The notes under the pieces are model-generated. The model was not told where the DNA came from and ran no database searches. It was given only the letters and a program-made list of their open reading frames with translations. Positions 28,047 to 32,750 of a DNA stretch of 32,750 bases are shown here, piece after piece. The position numbers and the translations under genes were made by a program. The stretch lies in the NCBI GenBank assembly GCA_023254095.1, contig JALNLM010000016.1, positions 1 through 32,750 on the forward strand, read 5' to 3'. The stretch comes from Candidatus Geocrenenecus huangii (lineage in GTDB: Archaea; Thermoproteota; Nitrososphaeria_A; Caldarchaeales; Wolframiiraptoraceae). Each line of letters starts with the position of its first letter. Position 1 is the stretch's first letter.

Positions 28047-29099
28047 TTATTGCTTAGGGGCAGTATATAATCCAGTGAATACGTTGGTTAATTCATGTAG
28101 CTCGTCTGGAACTTTCCGTACTGTTCCTACAACTTCTTCTATCTTTGCTGGAAGAATATTCATCCCATTCACTACGACTACATAGCCATATTTCTTTTCT
28201 TTCACTAAGTCTACCGCTTTAAAGCCAAGCCTCAATCCTAGAACCTTATCGTACGCTGAGGGTGTCCCTCCTCTCTGGATATGGCCCAAGACTGCCGACC
28301 TAACTTCTTCTCCAGTCCGTTTCTTGATCTCCTCTTCTAGAATCTTGGAGACTCCACCTAGACGTACATGCCCAAACTCATCTTTCTCTTTTGACACAGC
28401 AACGAGTTCTCCCACAGTCGGAATCGTTACGCCTTCAGCGACAGCGATGAGCGTATATGGTTCACCTCTCTCCCTACGCTCCTTAATGATTCTGCATACT
28501 TCATCAATGTCTACAGGTCTCTCAGGTATCAAGATTATGTGGGCTCCACCTGCAAGCCCACCAATCAATGTGAGCCATCCAGCATATCTACCCATAATCT
28601 CCGCAATCATCACTCTCTTATGAGATCTAGCAGTTGTGTGTAGTTTGTGTAACGCATCCGCTATTGTCTCGATAGCTGTCCAGAAGCCTACAGAGTAATC
28701 AGTCAAAGATAGATCATTGTCTATTGTCTTGGGTACTCCAACTATTGGGATACCCCTCTCGTAGAGTTTCTTGGCTGCACCTAGAGTATCATCTCCGCCA
28801 ATCGTTATCAAGACATCTAATCCAAGCTTCTTGATATTCTCGATAACTGTTTTCAATTCTTCTTCAGACTTAGCAGGGTTCTTCCTAGAAGTTCCAAGAA
28901 TAGTTCCACCAAGCCAATATATGTCTTCAACATCTTTAGGAGTTAGTTTTCTAGCTTTCCCATAAAGCAAACCTTTATAGCCATCTTCTATACCGAGCAC
29001 CTCATAACCATGCTGAGCAGCTCTTATCACTATTCCCTGAATAACCGCATTAAGTCCAGGACAATCACCACCACCCGTCAAAACGCCTATTCGAAACAT
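28047..29099 (-). CDS. pfp: phosphofructokinase, PfkA family, PPi-dependent signature
   Basis: TGGGDCPGLNA, GGDDT plus PKTIDND, MGR, LGHIQRGG. Confidence 0.88.
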   Translation of the reverse strand: MFRIGVLTGGGDCPGLNAVIQGIVIRAAQHGYEVLGIEDGYKGLLYGKARKLTPKDVEDIYWLGGTILGTSRKNPAKSEEELKTVIENIKKLGLDVLITIGGDDTLGAAKKLYERGIPIVGVPKTIDNDLSLTDYSVGFWTAIETIADALHKLHTTARSHKRVMIAEIMGRYAGWLTLIGGLAGGAHIILIPERPVDIDEVCRIIKERRERGEPYTLIAVAEGVTIPTVGELVAVSKEKDEFGHVRLGGVSKILEEEIKKRTGEEVRSAVLGHIQRGGTPSAYDKVLGLRLGFKAVDLVKEKKYGYVVVVNGMNILPAKIEEVVGTVRKVPDELHELTNVFTGLYTAPKQ

Positions 29100-29229
29100 T
29101 TCGCCTATACATTAACTTTACTAATATATATACATAAACACAACAAATAAAAGCAGTCATAAAATTAAACTCTACAATTAGTAGTTCAATCTTTAAATTT
29201 ATCGTATCTCTTTGAATATTTAGATTATT

Positions 29230-29688
29230 ATGGTTTTTAAGAGAGTTATAGTAGCTGCTGATAGACCCTATGCGGTTGCTAAGTTTATTACAGAATACAT
29301 CAAGACTAAAGGTTATGAAGTGATTCCAATGGGCGCTCTAGTAGATGGCAACCCTGTACCATGGCCTGACGTAGCATATGAAAGTGCCAAAAATCTTGCG
29401 GCAGGAAAAGCAGATACTGCAATCTTAATGTGTTATACGGGAACAGGCGTAACAATCGTTGCGAACAAAGTTAAGGGTGTTCGAGCAGCACCTAGTCCAG
29501 ATGCGCAGACAGCGAGGCTCGCAAGACTTCTAAATGATGCAAATGCCTTAACTTTAAGTGCCAGACTTACCACGGAAGAACTTGCAAAGGAGATCGTTGA
29601 TGCATGGTTCTCAGTCGAGTCGCCAGATCTTTCTAGAGCAAGTAGATTTGAAAGAGTTAAACAGATAGAAATGAATGAATTCAAGTAG
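29230..29688 (+). CDS. rpiB: RpiB/LacAB family sugar-phosphate isomerase
   Basis: CYTGTG, ANKVKGVRAA, ARL.NDANAL. Confidence 0.85.
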   Translation: MVFKRVIVAADRPYAVAKFITEYIKTKGYEVIPMGALVDGNPVPWPDVAYESAKNLAAGKADTAILMCYTGTGVTIVANKVKGVRAAPSPDAQTARLARLLNDANALTLSARLTTEELAKEIVDAWFSVESPDLSRASRFERVKQIEMNEFK

Positions 29689-29739
29689 ACTGCCTGAACG
29701 ACTAGAACGCAGAGAAACCAGAGATTAAATTATCTCCAG

Positions 29740-30411
29740 CTATAGATGCTCGGGGCTCTCTAAAAATCTTTTAACTATGCCTAGGAATATTGCAGCTGGA
29801 ACTCCATCCACCACTCTATGATCAAATACCAGAGTCAGATATCCGATATTCTTGATCCTCCATTCCGAGTTTACCAGTTGTGGCTGCTGTTTTATTGTAC
29901 CGAGAGCTAGGATTGCTGTGTCAGGAGGGTTGATTATTGGAGTAAAATACGTCACATTCATCATTCCTAGGTTCGTAACGGTAAAGCTGTGTCCCATCTG
30001 ATCCGCTAAAGTTATCTCACCTTTCTTGCCCTTCTCAGAAAATTCGTTTATAATCTTTGTTATTTCTATTAACGATTTCATGTCAGCGTTTTTTATTACA
30101 GGAGCTCTTAACCCTCTAGGTGTATGGACCGCTACCGCTATGTTTACTTCTTCATGGTATATCAGCTCATCACCTTCAAATGTAACATTCATGTCAGGGA
30201 ATTCTCTGAGCGCTAGAGCTGCAGCCTTAACACCGTAAGCCGTGAAGGATGCCTTATCATTGAGTTTATTCCTATGTTCAAGCAGAGCGTCTGCAGAATA
30301 CTCTGTCATCAGAGCTACTGGAAGAGCTTCATGAAATCCTGGTCTAAGTCTTTGAGTGATAGCTTTTCTAACACCTGCGAAAGGAATCTTCCGGGAAGCC
30401 ATAATTATCAC
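29740..30411 (-). CDS. dihydrolipoamide acyltransferase (E2), catalytic domain only
   Basis: NIAVAV.TPRGL.APVI, FTVTNLG, PIINPP, FDHRVVDG; no lipoyl domain. Confidence 0.92.
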   Translation of the reverse strand: MIIMASRKIPFAGVRKAITQRLRPGFHEALPVALMTEYSADALLEHRNKLNDKASFTAYGVKAAALALREFPDMNVTFEGDELIYHEEVNIAVAVHTPRGLRAPVIKNADMKSLIEITKIINEFSEKGKKGEITLADQMGHSFTVTNLGMMNVTYFTPIINPPDTAILALGTIKQQPQLVNSEWRIKNIGYLTLVFDHRVVDGVPAAIFLGIVKRFLESPEHL

Positions 30412-30453
30412 AACTCAATAATCATGGTCGACTATCATTGCGTTATAATCGCT

Positions 30454-30699
30454 CTATGCTTCTTCAATGACAGCGATCGTTTCTCCTACCTTCACAATTT
30501 CATCTTTATTCTTTAATATCCTTAATAATCTTCCACTATACGGTGAGGAAAATTCAAAAGTTGTCTTCTCCCCCTCAATAATAACCAACACCTCGTCTTT
30601 CTTCACGTAGTCGCCTTCGTTTTTAAGCCACTCAACAATCCTCCCCTCCTCCATTAACGGATCAAACCTAGGCATTTTAACTTCAACCATGAGATACAC
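30454..30699 (-). CDS. stand-alone lipoyl domain protein
   Basis: VKMP...MEEGRIVEWLK.EGD.V, EGEK lipoyl-Lys turn, SP.SG, VKVG. Confidence 0.9.
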   Translation of the reverse strand: MYLMVEVKMPRFDPLMEEGRIVEWLKNEGDYVKKDEVLVIIEGEKTTFEFSSPYSGRLLRILKNKDEIVKVGETIAVIEEA

Positions 30700-30739
30700 C
30701 GGAAGAGCTATCTCCTTTTCTCTAATTAACCTTTTTGTT

Positions 30740-31723
30740 TTAAATTATCTTTAGTACGGCTTCCACGATTTTCTCAGCACTTACCATGAAGGTTTTCTCG
30801 AGAGGTTGAGACGACGGCACCGGTATATCTGGAGAGTTTACTCGAATTATGGGTCCCTCTAAACTATCGAAAGCTTCTTCTACAACTTTTGCAGCGATCT
30901 CTGCGGAGATACTTCCAGTCTTATGTCCATCATCGACAACTACAAGTCTATTTGTCTTTCTCACAGAATTTAGTATTGTGTCCCAATCCATTGGATTGAT
31001 GGTTCTTGGATCGATAACCTCAGCATTAATTCCTTCTTCCATAAGTTTTTCAGCTGCTTTCAATGCTTCAATAACAGTTCTTGAGACTGCAACTATGGTG
31101 ACATCGTCTCCAGTTTTCTTAACGTCCGCTCTTCCTAATGGAACCAGATACTCATCAGCTGGTACTTGACCTTTAGTAGAATAAAGTACTCCAGACTCGA
31201 TGAATAATACAGGATCATCATCTCTTATCGATGACTTCAGTAATCCTTTAGCATCATACGGTGTTGAAGGCAGAACGACTTTCAATCCAGGAACGTTAAG
31301 AAACCAGGGAGCCAAGAATTGGCTATGCTGAGAAGCATGCACTCTTCCTAAACTATACTGCGTTCTAACTACAAGAGGAAGTTTCACCTGACCTCCACTC
31401 ATAAATCTAGCCTTCGCAGCATGTGTAACTAACTGATCCATACCTAAAGTTAAAAAGTCTAGGTACATTATCTCGGCGACAGGTCTTAACCCTATCAGTG
31501 CAGCACCTACAGCCATGCCTACAATAGCAGCTTCAGAGATGGGTGTATCAAGTACACGTCTCGAACCAAATTCCTCTAGAAGCCCTTTAGTTACTCGGTA
31601 AGCTCCTCCGATAACAGCTACGTCTTCACCGAAAACTATAACATTTTCATCTCTCCTCATCTCTTCTCTCAAAGCCTCATTAAGTGCTTCTGCATAAGTG
31701 ATCATTCGGCTCAACCCTATCAC
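30740..31723 (-). CDS. pdhB: 2-oxoacid/acetoin dehydrogenase E1 beta subunit
   Basis: FGEDV, DTPISE, RPVAEIMY.DF, HSQ, DAKGLL, EVIDPRT. Confidence 0.92.
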   Translation of the reverse strand: MIGLSRMITYAEALNEALREEMRRDENVIVFGEDVAVIGGAYRVTKGLLEEFGSRRVLDTPISEAAIVGMAVGAALIGLRPVAEIMYLDFLTLGMDQLVTHAAKARFMSGGQVKLPLVVRTQYSLGRVHASQHSQFLAPWFLNVPGLKVVLPSTPYDAKGLLKSSIRDDDPVLFIESGVLYSTKGQVPADEYLVPLGRADVKKTGDDVTIVAVSRTVIEALKAAEKLMEEGINAEVIDPRTINPMDWDTILNSVRKTNRLVVVDDGHKTGSISAEIAAKVVEEAFDSLEGPIIRVNSPDIPVPSSQPLEKTFMVSAEKIVEAVLKII

Positions 31724-31724
31724 C

Positions 31725-32747
31725 TCATCTAGAAGAATAGAGATACTTGAATAGTTCTCCGAATTCTAAGACCTTCGCTTTCCTCGCTATTTCAACTGCT
31801 TTCTCAACCTTCTCTTTAACGTCTTCATCTATATTCTTGAGTTCTTCTTCGGTCAACACGCCAAGCTCGACTAATCTTCTAGAAAACTTCATTACCGGAT
31901 CATTTCTCAACCATTCATCTACTTCCTCCTTTGGTCGATACAAAGCTCGATCATAAACACCGTGCCCCTTCTGCCTATAAGTCCGGCATTCTATAAACAC
32001 TGGGCTCTTATGTTTACGAACTTCTTCAACGGCTTCTCTAGACGCTCTATAAACAGAAATTACGTCATTACCATAAACAAAATACGATCTTAATCCATAC
32101 CCTGAAGCAAATTCAGCAACATTTCCGGCTGCGAATGATTTACTAAATGGAAGAGAATAAGCATATTGATTATTTTCGCAAACATATAATACTGGAAGTT
32201 TCAGTACCGCGGCCATGTTTATTCCTTCATGGAATGCACCAGTTGTGGCCGCTCCATCCCCGAAGAAGCAGGTAACAATATTATCTGAATTCTTGTATTT
32301 TAAACCTAGAGCGATGCCAGCCGCTATCGGTATGCCACTACCAACTATGGCTGTCGCCATCAAAATATTCTTCTTAACATACATTGCTGAATGCATAGAT
32401 CCTCCAAGACCTTTACATGTTCCTATCTCTCTACCGTATAGCTCTCCCATAAGCATCTCCATAGATACACCTCTCGCCAAAGCATGTCCATGACCCCTAT
32501 ATGTTGAAACAACAATATCCTCATTTGTTAGAGCTTTTATAACTCCCACAGCGATGGCCTCTTGTCCTAAATAGAGATGGCAGGGGCCGATTAACTCTCC
32601 CTCCACAAGGAAAAGTCTTTCAACTCGTTCCTCGAATCTACGTATCTCAAGCATCTGCTTCAACATGTCAACCATTTCTCTCGGAGTTAATCCTACATCG
32701 CAATATTCATCAACCGATGTCTCCCCTACAACTATTACATCGCTCAT
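31725..32747 (-). CDS. pdhA: 2-oxoacid/acetoin dehydrogenase E1 alpha subunit
   Basis: HLYLGQEA, YRGHGH, GGSMH, GDGA...ENN TPP motif, TYR..GH; substrate specificity not resolved. Confidence 0.92.
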   Translation of the reverse strand: MSDVIVVGETSVDEYCDVGLTPREMVDMLKQMLEIRRFEERVERLFLVEGELIGPCHLYLGQEAIAVGVIKALTNEDIVVSTYRGHGHALARGVSMEMLMGELYGREIGTCKGLGGSMHSAMYVKKNILMATAIVGSGIPIAAGIALGLKYKNSDNIVTCFFGDGAATTGAFHEGINMAAVLKLPVLYVCENNQYAYSLPFSKSFAAGNVAEFASGYGLRSYFVYGNDVISVYRASREAVEEVRKHKSPVFIECRTYRQKGHGVYDRALYRPKEEVDEWLRNDPVMKFSRRLVELGVLTEEELKNIDEDVKEKVEKAVEIARKAKVLEFGELFKYLYSSR

Positions 32748-32750
32748 TCT

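Overview
Archaeal chromosomal window from a thermophilic TACK/Thermoproteota-type organism (Aigarchaeota-like is my inference, from ESCRT-III CdvB, archaeal rpl13/rps9/rpoN/rps2, ipk and a GC-rich crenarchaeal-style 23S in an AT-richer genome). It contains: (1) the tail of a secreted-protein plus SipW-type signal peptidase operon; (2) a fragmented rpl13-rps9-rpoN-eno-rps2-mvk-ipk superoperon interrupted by a SerK-like kinase plus O-phosphoserine sulfhydrylase pair, a DUF1028 hydrolase and a convergently split dpp/opp transporter; (3) sppA, an orphan cdvB and sugar-phosphate genes (class II Fba, Rpe, PPi-type Pfk, RpiB); (4) a stand-alone 23S rRNA gene with its own bulge-helix-bulge (BHB) processing stem and two BHB introns, one of 448 nt carrying a decayed LAGLIDADG endonuclease and one a 57-nt hairpin; (5) an ABC-2 exporter and a 2-oxoacid/acetoin dehydrogenase cluster with a split E2. 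No CRISPR array, tRNA or IS element was seen. The best leads are the 448-nt intron at about E. coli 1617, the dead SerK-like domain fused to the cysteine synthase, the SipW-linked fibre candidate and a possible sedoheptulose-bisphosphate pentose route.
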